Shown here in pieces: positions 26,965-35,177 of a stretch of DNA of 64,000 bases (position 1 is the stretch's first letter; the number at the start of each line of letters is the position of its first letter). The position numbers and the translations under genes were made by a program. The stretch comes from Thermoplasmata archaeon (lineage in GTDB: Archaea > Thermoplasmatota > E2 > JACPAO01 > JAHFTW01), in assembly GCA_034667725.1 (NCBI GenBank), contig JAXDQS010000010.1:217937-281936 (forward strand), in the 5' to 3' direction. A model generated the notes under the pieces. That model was given only the letters and a program-made list of their open reading frames with translations, did not search any database and was not told the origin of the DNA.

Positions 26965-27759
26965 ATGCAAAGCACCCCCATCCTTTCCAGCATCGCAACC
27001 GTCGCCTTGGCGCTCGCCTTGGCGGTGCCGGGCGCCGCGTACCACGTCACGCCGGACGCCTTCAACAACCAGAACGGCCTCGACGCCCAGGAGTGGGGCC
27101 GGTCCCCGAGCGTGTACTTCCCGCTTGGCGACCCGTTCACCGACGACCAGCCCCTCTGCATCACGCTGCGCGCCATCGCGAACTTCGTCCCGGACCCATC
27201 CCTGCGGACCACCCTGAACGCCCTGCTAAGCCTCGTCTGCAAGCCCTACTATGCCTGGAACGCCGCCGACGCCATCTTCGCCTTCCCCGTCTGCGAGGCG
27301 CCGCCTGCCTTCCCGGACCCGGGCCACAGCGGCTTCGGCAAGCTTTGCTTCATGAGCCCCGGCTTCGCGGGCGTCACATGCGCCTTCGTCGGCACCGGCG
27401 TCGACCAAGGCGGCTCGAACGGCTTCTACAACCCCTACACGGGCGGAGCCTGCGCCGCGGCCCCGCCCACCATGGCGCCGATGGGCGGGCCCGCCTGGTT
27501 CAGGATCACCATGCAGTCGACCCATCCCGCTACGCCAGGCAGCGACGTGCAGTTCGTCGCCTCCATCGGCGGGATCTCCTGCCCGCCCGCCACCGCCCTC
27601 GTGTACGACGACCTCTTCGCCCAGACCGTGGCCAACGGCCACGTCACGGGCGTCCCGGACGTCGAGCCGGCGCCCGCCAGCTTCGGCGGCTACACGGTCG
27701 AGAGCGTGGCCGGCCCCGCCGGCCTCACGGCGTGCGGGGCGTCGCCGATGTACGTCTGA
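26965..27759 (+). CDS. Secreted Cys-containing hypothetical protein
   Basis: Signal peptide MQSTPILSSIATVALALALAVPGAA; about 10 Cys residues. Confidence 0.45.
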   Translation: MQSTPILSSIATVALALALAVPGAAYHVTPDAFNNQNGLDAQEWGRSPSVYFPLGDPFTDDQPLCITLRAIANFVPDPSLRTTLNALLSLVCKPYYAWNAADAIFAFPVCEAPPAFPDPGHSGFGKLCFMSPGFAGVTCAFVGTGVDQGGSNGFYNPYTGGACAAAPPTMAPMGGPAWFRITMQSTHPATPGSDVQFVASIGGISCPPATALVYDDLFAQTVANGHVTGVPDVEPAPASFGGYTVESVAGPAGLTACGASPMYV

Positions 27760-27820
27760 CGGCGGCCACGTCGCGCGCCGCTCGCCAGAATAGTCATAAG
27801 CGACCCGCCCGTCGAAGCCC

Positions 27821-28057
27821 TTGATGGTCCTGCGCTTCTTCCGCCGCAAGCCTGCCGCCAAGCCCCAGCCGCCTGCCGACAAGTCGCTCCCGGAGGTCTC
27901 GCGTCCCCAGCCCCCGCCCGTCGTGGCGCCCGAGCTGACCGAGTCCCCCAAGGCCCCTAAGCAGGTCAAGAAGGCCCCCGCCAAGAAGGCGGCCGCGAAG
28001 AAGGCCTCGGCCAAGAAGGCGCCTGCCAAGAAGGCGGCCGCGAAGAAGGCCAAGTAG
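27821..28057 (+). CDS. Small Lys/Ala-rich basic protein (histone H1-like KAAAKK repeats)
   Basis: 78 aa ending KKAPAKKAAAKKASAKKAPAKKAAAKKAK. Confidence 0.4.
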   Translation: MMVLRFFRRKPAAKPQPPADKSLPEVSRPQPPPVVAPELTESPKAPKQVKKAPAKKAAAKKASAKKAPAKKAAAKKAK

Positions 28058-28095
28058 GCCCGTTCCCCCTCCTTTTTCCCCGCTTCGTCTTCCGC
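28058..28095 (+). terminator. Pyrimidine-rich T-tract between the KA-rich gene and uvrB
   Basis: gcccgttccccctcctttttccccgcttcgtcttccgc with the shared CTCCTTTTTCC core. Confidence 0.3.
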
Positions 28096-28100
28096 AGCGC

Positions 28101-30179
28101 GTGGCCTACCAGCTCAAGGCCCCCTTCGAGCCCGCGGGCGACCAGGGGCCCGCCATCGCCGCCATCGTCAAGGCCGTCCGAGCGGGCCAGCGCTTCATCA
28201 CGCTCCAAGGCGTGACCGGCGTCGGCAAGACCTACATCATGGCGCAGGTGGTCTCGCAGGTCCGCAAGCCGACCTTGGTGATCAGCCACAACAAGACCTT
28301 GGCGGCGCAGCTCTACGAGGAGCTGAAGGCGTTCTTCCCCCAGAACGCGGTCGAGTACTTCGTCAGCTACTACGACTACTACCAGCCCGAGGCGTACGTC
28401 CCGCAGTCGGACACCTACATCGCGAAGGAGTCGGACGTCAACAAGGAGATCGAGAAGCTGCGGCACTCGACGACGCAGTCGCTCATGACGCGCGACGACG
28501 TGGTGGTGGTGTCGTCGGTGTCGTGCATCTACGGCCTGGGCTCGCCGGAGAACTACCGCGCCAACAACCTGCTCTTGCACGTGGGCGAGAAGATCGAGCG
28601 CCGCACCTTGACCGGCCGGCTGGTGGACATCTACTACGAGCGCAACGACGCCGAGCTGAAGCCGGGCACGTTCCGGGTCCGCGGCGACACCATCGACATC
28701 CTGCCCCCCGGCGACGAGGACCCGCTGCGCGTGGCGTTGTGGGGCGACGAGGTCGAGTCGATTCGCCGCGTCCACCGCCTCACCGGCGACACCCTGGTGG
28801 ACTACCAAGGCGCGACCGTGTTCCCAGCCAAGCATTTCGTGTTGCCGCCGGACCAGCTCGAGGCCGCCATCCAGCGCATCCAGGAGCAGCTCAAGGACCG
28901 CCTGTCCGAGCTGCGCGGCCAAGGCAAGATCCTGGAGGCGGCGCGGTTGGAGCAGCGCACCCGGTTCGACGTCGAGATGCTGCGGGAAATCGGCTACTGC
29001 AACGGCATCGAGAACTACAGCCAGCCCTTGAGCGGCCGCCCGCGCGGCGACCCCGGCGCCTGCCTGATGGACTACTTCCCCGACGACTACCTGTTGATCA
29101 TGGACGAGTCGCACGTGACGGTCCCCCAGGTGCGCGGCATGTACAACGGCGACCGGATGCGCAAGGAGACGCTCATCGAATACGGCTTCCGCCTGCCCAG
29201 CGCCCTCGACAACCGCCCCCTGAAGTTCCACGAGTTCGAACGCAAGTTCCGCCAAGTGGTGTTCACGAGTGCCACGCCAGGCCCCTACGAGGCGGAGAAG
29301 GAGGAGCTGCGCGTGCAGGCCGTGGTGCGCCCCACCGGCCTCATCGACCCCGAGGTCGAGGTCCGCCCCGTCCAAGGCCAAGTCGATGACCTCTACGGCG
29401 AGATCGTCAAGACCGCCAAGCGCGGCGAGCGCATCCTCATCACGACGCTCACCAAGAAGATGGCCGAGGAGCTCACCAAGCACTACCAAGGCCTCGGCCT
29501 CAAGGTCGCCTACCTGCACTCCGACATCGACACGCTGGAGCGCGTCATCATCCTGGAGAAGCTCCGCAAGGGCGAGCACGACGTCCTCGTCGGCATCAAC
29601 CTGCTGCGCGAAGGCCTCGACCTGCCCGAAGTGAGCCTGGTGGCCATCTTCGACGCCGACAAGATCGGCTTCCTCCGCAGCCACACCAGCCTCATCCAGA
29701 CCATCGGCCGCGCCGCCCGCAACGTCCACGGCCGGGTCCTGATGTACGCCGACCGGATGAGCGACGCCATGAAGGTGGCCATCGACGCCACCAACGAGCG
29801 GCGCGCCAAGCAGGTCGCGTACAACAAGGAGCACGGCATCACCCCGACGAACGCCGTCCGCAGCATGAAGGGCCTCGAGATCGACGGCCGCCGCATCGGC
29901 GAGAAGATCCCCGCCATCCCCAAGGAGGCCATCGCCAAGATGGGCAAGACCGACTTCGACCGCCTCATCCGCGACTTGGAGCACGAGATGCAGGCCGCCG
30001 CCAAGGCGTGGGACTTCGAGAAGGCCGCCCTGCTCCGGGACGAGATCCTGCAGCTCAAGACCGACGCCGGGTCGCACAAGGACGAGCCTTCCGAGCGCCA
30101 GGCCGCGGCGCAGGAGAAGGTGGAGGAGCGGGTCGGGCCGCGGCGTGGGAAGGGGAAGCCGAAGGAGCCGCTGCTTTAG
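28101..30179 (+). CDS. uvrB: Excinuclease ABC subunit B
   Basis: 692 aa, GTG start. Helicase motifs (GVTGVGKTYIMAQV, DESH), beta-hairpin region and C-terminal UvrB/UvrC interaction domain (DFEKAALLRDEILQLK). Confidence 0.9.
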   Translation: MAYQLKAPFEPAGDQGPAIAAIVKAVRAGQRFITLQGVTGVGKTYIMAQVVSQVRKPTLVISHNKTLAAQLYEELKAFFPQNAVEYFVSYYDYYQPEAYVPQSDTYIAKESDVNKEIEKLRHSTTQSLMTRDDVVVVSSVSCIYGLGSPENYRANNLLLHVGEKIERRTLTGRLVDIYYERNDAELKPGTFRVRGDTIDILPPGDEDPLRVALWGDEVESIRRVHRLTGDTLVDYQGATVFPAKHFVLPPDQLEAAIQRIQEQLKDRLSELRGQGKILEAARLEQRTRFDVEMLREIGYCNGIENYSQPLSGRPRGDPGACLMDYFPDDYLLIMDESHVTVPQVRGMYNGDRMRKETLIEYGFRLPSALDNRPLKFHEFERKFRQVVFTSATPGPYEAEKEELRVQAVVRPTGLIDPEVEVRPVQGQVDDLYGEIVKTAKRGERILITTLTKKMAEELTKHYQGLGLKVAYLHSDIDTLERVIILEKLRKGEHDVLVGINLLREGLDLPEVSLVAIFDADKIGFLRSHTSLIQTIGRAARNVHGRVLMYADRMSDAMKVAIDATNERRAKQVAYNKEHGITPTNAVRSMKGLEIDGRRIGEKIPAIPKEAIAKMGKTDFDRLIRDLEHEMQAAAKAWDFEKAALLRDEILQLKTDAGSHKDEPSERQAAAQEKVEERVGPRRGKGKPKEPLL

Positions 30180-30353
30180 CCCAGGCTTGGCCTAGGACAA
30201 CCTGGGCGCAAAGACCGCGGATTCGCCCGCCTAGGCTTGTCCCAGCCCCCCATCCCGCCCGCAACCGCGGAATCCGCGGCGAATCCCGGGGCGCGGCTTC
30301 TGCCCTTGCCGGAGGCGGCCCCGTTCAAGCCCGCCCGCACCCAAGGGGTCGGC

Positions 30354-30539
30354 ATGGCCGACAGCTACGAGCTGCGCAAGGGTGCCCGCACCCTGAATGT
30401 CATCGAGGACGACCTGGCCGCCGAGATCGTGGCCGCCGTGGCCCGCGACCGCCTGGAGGAGGACCTCGCGTCCCAGGCCCGCGTCGAGCGCGACCGCGAG
30501 GCGGCCGAGGCGGACGACAGCCTGGGCTGCGACTGCTGA
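30354..30539 (+). CDS. Hypothetical small acidic protein
   Basis: 61-aa ORF from an internal ATG in a structured intergenic region; weak support. Confidence 0.25.
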   Translation: MADSYELRKGARTLNVIEDDLAAEIVAAVARDRLEEDLASQARVERDREAAEADDSLGCDC

Positions 30540-30573
30540 AGCGTTTTCCCTCGCCCGCCGCTTCGCCGCCGCG

Positions 30574-30966
30574 TTGACCGACGCCACCGTGTGGTTCGAC
30601 GGCGCCTGCAGCGGCAATCCCGGCCCCATGGGCGCCGGCGCCGTGGTCGAGGTCGCCGGCCGGCGCGAATCGTTCAGCCGCAACATGGGCCACGGCACCA
30701 ACAACGAGGCAGAATACCACGCCATCATCCTGGGCCTGTTGCGCGCCCACGCCGCCGGGGCGACCCGGGTGACGATCCGCGGCGACTCCCAACTGGTCCT
30801 GCGGCAACTGGAGGGCCGCTACGCCGTCAAGGCCGCGAACCTCCAGCCCTTGGTGGCCGAGGCCAAGCGCCTGTTGGGGCAGTTCGAGCGCGCCAAGCTG
30901 GAATGGGTCCCGCGGCTCGAGAACGCCGAGGCCGACGCCGCCGCCCGCCACGCCATCGGCATGTGA
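30574..30966 (+). CDS. rnhA: Ribonuclease HI
   Basis: WFDGACSGNPGPMGAGAVV...NNEAEYHAIILGL...EWVPRLENAEADAAARHA matches the RNase H type 1 catalytic residues. Probable TTG start. Confidence 0.7.
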   Translation: MTDATVWFDGACSGNPGPMGAGAVVEVAGRRESFSRNMGHGTNNEAEYHAIILGLLRAHAAGATRVTIRGDSQLVLRQLEGRYAVKAANLQPLVAEAKRLLGQFERAKLEWVPRLENAEADAAARHAIGM

Positions 30967-31037
30967 GCCCTCCTGGGCGCGGACGTCCCGCGGGGCGCAG
31001 CCCCCGGTTGGGGAGAAAACCAACCTCCAACCCTCTC

Positions 31038-31043
31038 TTATAT
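31038..31043 (+). promoter_or_regulatory. TATA-like box, leaderless spacing to the ATG at 31069
   Basis: ttatat in a GC-rich context ~29 nt upstream of the ATG that begins the signal peptide MRPLLLVATALLMF. Confidence 0.3.
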
Positions 31044-31068
31044 GGGGACGGCGCCCATCGACCTACCC

Positions 31069-33003
31069 ATGCGCCCCCTCCTCTTGGTGGCCACCGCCCT
31101 GCTGATGTTCGCGTTCGTGGCCAGCGCCCCGCACGCGGACGCCCAAGGCGCTTCCACACTTACCGTCACCATCTGCGCCCAGCCGACCTATTCCGAGTCC
31201 AAGGACACGGCCCTGTGCGAGGGCCGCGGCTTGGCGGGCGCCACCGTCCGCGTCACCCGCAACGGCCCGCTCGGCAACAACGTCGGCGCCGTCGACCGCA
31301 GCGCGACCACCGACGCCAACGGTGTCGCCGCCTTCGACGCCTTGGCGGACGGCACCTACAACCTCCAGGCGACCCGCGCCGGCTTCGCCGCGCGCACGGC
31401 CACCGTCGAGGTCGCGGGCGCCACCAAGGCGGCCTACACCCTCGCCGGCGTCCCGGTCGAGTTCCAAGGCATCGTCAAGGACGCCGCCGGCAAGCCGGTG
31501 GCCGAGGCCATCGTCACGGTGTGCTGCTCGCGCGACTCCTCGTACCAGCCGCCCGTCGCCACCGGCGAGGACGGCCTGTTCCGGGTCGCGACCACGGGCG
31601 GCTACCAGTCGGTCGGCGCCTACGACGCCCCAGGCTTCGTGCCTTACAACGCCGAGGTGCTGGTGGACGGCAGCCGCCAGGACATCACCCTGGAGCGGGT
31701 CCCCGCCCAGGACGCCGAACTCCACGGCGTCGTGCGCGACCAGGACGGCAAGCCCGTCGCCGGCCTGCGCATCGACGCCAACCCCTCGTGCTGCCACACC
31801 GAGCCGATGCCGGCCGACGAGCCGGGCGCGCCCGCGTCGTCGGTGCCCCCCAGCCCCGGCTACGCCTACTACGGCAACCACACCACGACCGCCAGCGACG
31901 GCTCCTACGCGATCCACGTCTACGGCGGCGCCACCGTCGGCCTGCGCGTCGGCTCCGAGGACTTCGCCCCGCTCTACAAGGACGTCCAGGTCGGCAAGGG
32001 CGCCTCCGTGCGCGCGGACCTCGACGTCAAGCGCTACCCGCCCCGCGACGCCCGCATCGAGGGCCGCGTCACCGACGGCGACGGCCACGGCATCGGCTCG
32101 GTCGCGATCACGGTCAACAACCCCGAGTTCGGCCGCACCGAGCAAGGCGGCCAATGGTGCGCCGCCGCCCCCGTGCCGATGATGGCAGAGGGCGACGCCA
32201 TCGCCAAGCCCGCCATCTGGGCCGGCCCGGAGTGCTCCCTCAGCGTGCAGGCCGACGGCAGCTTCTCCGGCCTCGTGACCCCCGGCTACAGCATCGTCAC
32301 CGTGTACTACGTCTGCATGGAGGGCGACTGCGCCGACGGCTACTACCCGTCCGTCCGCACCCTGGTGCTGCGCTCCGGCACCCAGCGCCTCGACGTCGCC
32401 CTCGTGCCCCGCCCCGGCCCCGACGCCACCCTGTCCGGCTACCTCGTGGACGCCGACCAGCGCGAAGGCATCGCCGGCCCCGACGCCCGCATCGACCTCT
32501 ACAACCTCGACAACGGCGCCTGGGGCAGCGCGGTCGCCGACGCGCAAGGCTCCTACAAGATCCGGCTCCGCAGCGGCCTCCACCAGGTCACCGCCTACGC
32601 CGACGGCCACCTCCACTGGGAAGGCATCGTCAGGGTCGAGCCCGGCGACAACGCGCTCGACATCCTCATGACGGCCGGCCAGGACACCGGCTACGGCGGC
32701 TGCTGCTACCTCGCGCAGGACAGCAAGGGCATGGCCACCACCGCCACCGCCTCCCCGGCCCCGATGACGCCGGGCGACGACGGCGGCAGCCGCGTCGCCG
32801 AGCAGGAGCTGCGCCAGAACCTCGCCGCCAACACGCCCGCCTTCGAGGACCTCAACGGCGGCCTCGGCCCGTACGACCCGGACGAGCGCCCCGCCCCGAA
32901 CAACGGCACCGGCACCCGCGCCAGCCCGGCGCTGGGCCTGCTGACGGTGCTGGGCGTCGCGGCCGCGATGGTCGTGGCGCGGCGCAAGGGCCGCGAATCC
33001 TAG
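31069..33003 (+). CDS. Surface protein with carboxypeptidase-regulatory-like beta-sandwich repeats and C-terminal TM anchor
   Basis: Signal peptide; repeated GxxGAxVxV...DxxGxxxF...DGTYxL modules; C-terminus SPALGLLTVLGVAAAMVVARRKGRES. The ORF-track start at 31042 would begin inside the TATA-like box. Confidence 0.55.
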   Translation: MRPLLLVATALLMFAFVASAPHADAQGASTLTVTICAQPTYSESKDTALCEGRGLAGATVRVTRNGPLGNNVGAVDRSATTDANGVAAFDALADGTYNLQATRAGFAARTATVEVAGATKAAYTLAGVPVEFQGIVKDAAGKPVAEAIVTVCCSRDSSYQPPVATGEDGLFRVATTGGYQSVGAYDAPGFVPYNAEVLVDGSRQDITLERVPAQDAELHGVVRDQDGKPVAGLRIDANPSCCHTEPMPADEPGAPASSVPPSPGYAYYGNHTTTASDGSYAIHVYGGATVGLRVGSEDFAPLYKDVQVGKGASVRADLDVKRYPPRDARIEGRVTDGDGHGIGSVAITVNNPEFGRTEQGGQWCAAAPVPMMAEGDAIAKPAIWAGPECSLSVQADGSFSGLVTPGYSIVTVYYVCMEGDCADGYYPSVRTLVLRSGTQRLDVALVPRPGPDATLSGYLVDADQREGIAGPDARIDLYNLDNGAWGSAVADAQGSYKIRLRSGLHQVTAYADGHLHWEGIVRVEPGDNALDILMTAGQDTGYGGCCYLAQDSKGMATTATASPAPMTPGDDGGSRVAEQELRQNLAANTPAFEDLNGGLGPYDPDERPAPNNGTGTRASPALGLLTVLGVAAAMVVARRKGRES

Positions 33004-33803
33004 CGAAGCGAGGACGCGGCCTTCGCCAGCTCCACGAGCCCCGCCGCCGTGCGCGTGCCGAACCAGGTGAGCGCCTCGCCGTCCACCACCCGCACCCGCC
33101 CGGGCGCGCCGCACGGCCCGAGGCCGGCGGTGTCGACCGGCTTGCGGTGGAACGGGAACGGCTCCGTGGGCAGCAGCGTCCACGCCGCCCCGGCGGCGCG
33201 GACCTCGGCGTCCGTGACCTCGAAGTAGCGCGGCCCCGCGTGGTCCCCGAAGACGTTGCGCAGGCCCGCCGCCGCCAGCATCGCGCTGGGGTAGCTGGTG
33301 CCGTCGAACGTCATCCACGGATGCCAGATCGGGCAGAACACCGGCACCGGCGACGCGGGCCGGGGCAGCGCCGCGACGGCAGCGTCGAAGCCGGCCCGCC
33401 AATGCTGGGCGGCCGCCTCGGCGCCGCCGCCGACCCGCCGCGCCAGGCGCAGCACGAAGGCCGCCGCGTCGTGCGGGGTCGCGATGTCGCTCCACAGCAC
33501 CTCGACGCCGTGGGCTTCCAGCGCGTCCACCAGCGCCTTGGGGTTCTCGTCCTTGTCGGCCACCACGAGCGTGGGCCGCAGCGCGAGGATCTTGTCGAGG
33601 CTGGCGTCCTTGGTGCCGCCCACGTGCGGGACCGTCTTGGCGGCCTCCGGCGCGATGCAGAACCGGGTGCGGCCGACGACCTGGCCGCCGGCGCCGAGGT
33701 CGAACAAGGTCTCGGTGTGGCTCGGCACCAGGCTCACGATGCGCTGCACGGACGGGGCAAGGCGTCGCGCGCTTGGGCCTTCCGTCGCGTCCTCCGACCA
33801 CAA
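33000..33803 (-). CDS. Periplasmic-binding-protein-like (BtuF/TroA-fold) ABC substrate-binding protein
   Basis: 267 aa, class III SBP-like pattern (IVSLVPSHTETLFDLGAGGQVVGRT..., LRPTLVVADKDEN). No obvious signal peptide. Confidence 0.55.
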   Translation of the reverse strand: MWSEDATEGPSARRLAPSVQRIVSLVPSHTETLFDLGAGGQVVGRTRFCIAPEAAKTVPHVGGTKDASLDKILALRPTLVVADKDENPKALVDALEAHGVEVLWSDIATPHDAAAFVLRLARRVGGGAEAAAQHWRAGFDAAVAALPRPASPVPVFCPIWHPWMTFDGTSYPSAMLAAAGLRNVFGDHAGPRYFEVTDAEVRAAGAAWTLLPTEPFPFHRKPVDTAGLGPCGAPGRVRVVDGEALTWFGTRTAAGLVELAKAASSLR

Positions 33804-33835
33804 CCGTTCTAAGGGTGGGGGAAGTGAGAACCGCG

Positions 33836-35119
33836 ATGGAGGAGGCGGCGCCCACCGAGAGCCCCTTGCCGGGCGCCGGCGCCAAGGGCAAGCCGGTGCG
33901 CGTCCACCCCTACGCGCTCGAGCTGTCCACGGCCGCCGAGCTGCGCCGCGACCCGCGCATGGTCACCCTGTTCTGGGCCGGCCTGGGCACGGCGCTGGTG
34001 CTGCTGGGATTGGGGCTCGCCAACCGCTTCAGCCCCTGCCTGAACGGCGTCGGCCCCGAGCCCTGCGCCACCCCCGCGGCATGGACCAGCTGGGTCCAGC
34101 TTCCCCTGTTCGGCGGCCTTGCCCTGCTGGGCTTCGGCTTCGTGCAGCGCCAATGGGCCCGCCGCGTCACGCTTGCCGGCTGGCTGCTGTTCGGGTTCTA
34201 CTGGGCGCTCACCGCGCAGGACCTGTTCGTGGCCGAGGGCGGCGACATCGTCAACCTCTGCTTCGCCATCGTCGGCGTCTACTTCTTCGTCTACCTGGCC
34301 TACCACCAATGGCTCTCCGAGGCGCGCGGCATCGAGAACCTCACCGTCCGGTTCCTCAACATCGCCACCTTCGTCGCCGCCGGCTCCTACTTCGTCATCG
34401 ACAAGATCGAGCCGGTCCGCAAATGGCTCATCCTCACCGTCAGCCGCCACACCGAATGGATGCTGGGGCTGTTCGGGCAAGGCGCCGACGCCGGCCTCCG
34501 GGCCGTCTACAACCCCGCCGGCAGCACGAGCGACTTCCAGGCCGACCTGGCCCGCTTCTACTACGAGGGCCACCTCAACCACTGCCCCTCGCAGCCGAGC
34601 GACTGGTTCTCCAGCCTGATGCACTGGGACCCGTTCGCCCGCCAAGCCCTCGACGCCTGCCGCGACTTCTCGGCCCACGAGGCCGTCATCGTCCCCGTCT
34701 CGATCATCCTGGCCTGCACCGCCCTCCAGTCCATCATGCTGTTCGTCGGCCTGTTCATGGGCACCCCGGCCCCATGGAAGCGGCGCCTGCTGGCGTCGGC
34801 CATCGTCGCCGCCGTCGTGTACGTCCTCAACCTGCTGCGGAACACCGGCATCGTGTGGTTCTACGGCCAAGGCGAGGCCTCGTTCTGGATGATGCACGAC
34901 GCCGTCGGCAAGGGCGGCAGCCTGGTCGCCATGATCCTCATCGCGTTCGCCGCCTTCGCCTGGTTCCCCGAGTTCCTCAAGGCGCTCGTCGGCGTGCTGG
35001 ACCTGCCGCACCGCGACGGCCCCATCGAGCGCACGCTGCGCCTTGGCAGGCGGCGGCCCGACCAAGGCGCGCCGCCAGCGGAGCCGCCGGCCGAGACGCC
35101 GGCACCCCCCGTCCACTGA
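33836..35119 (+). CDS. Polytopic membrane protein, candidate exosortase/archaeosortase-family enzyme
   Basis: 427 aa, ~8 TM helices. Cys293 sits in a TM helix (SIILACTAL) and NLLRN lies 42 residues later, reminiscent of the archaeosortase catalytic Cys/Arg arrangement recalled from the literature. Family assignment is tentative. Confidence 0.4.
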   Translation: MEEAAPTESPLPGAGAKGKPVRVHPYALELSTAAELRRDPRMVTLFWAGLGTALVLLGLGLANRFSPCLNGVGPEPCATPAAWTSWVQLPLFGGLALLGFGFVQRQWARRVTLAGWLLFGFYWALTAQDLFVAEGGDIVNLCFAIVGVYFFVYLAYHQWLSEARGIENLTVRFLNIATFVAAGSYFVIDKIEPVRKWLILTVSRHTEWMLGLFGQGADAGLRAVYNPAGSTSDFQADLARFYYEGHLNHCPSQPSDWFSSLMHWDPFARQALDACRDFSAHEAVIVPVSIILACTALQSIMLFVGLFMGTPAPWKRRLLASAIVAAVVYVLNLLRNTGIVWFYGQGEASFWMMHDAVGKGGSLVAMILIAFAAFAWFPEFLKALVGVLDLPHRDGPIERTLRLGRRRPDQGAPPAEPPAETPAPPVH

Positions 35120-35177
35120 AGGCGGGGTCGCGCCCGGCCTCCGATTTAATCATTTGCGCTCTGGGCCAGTGTTGGAC

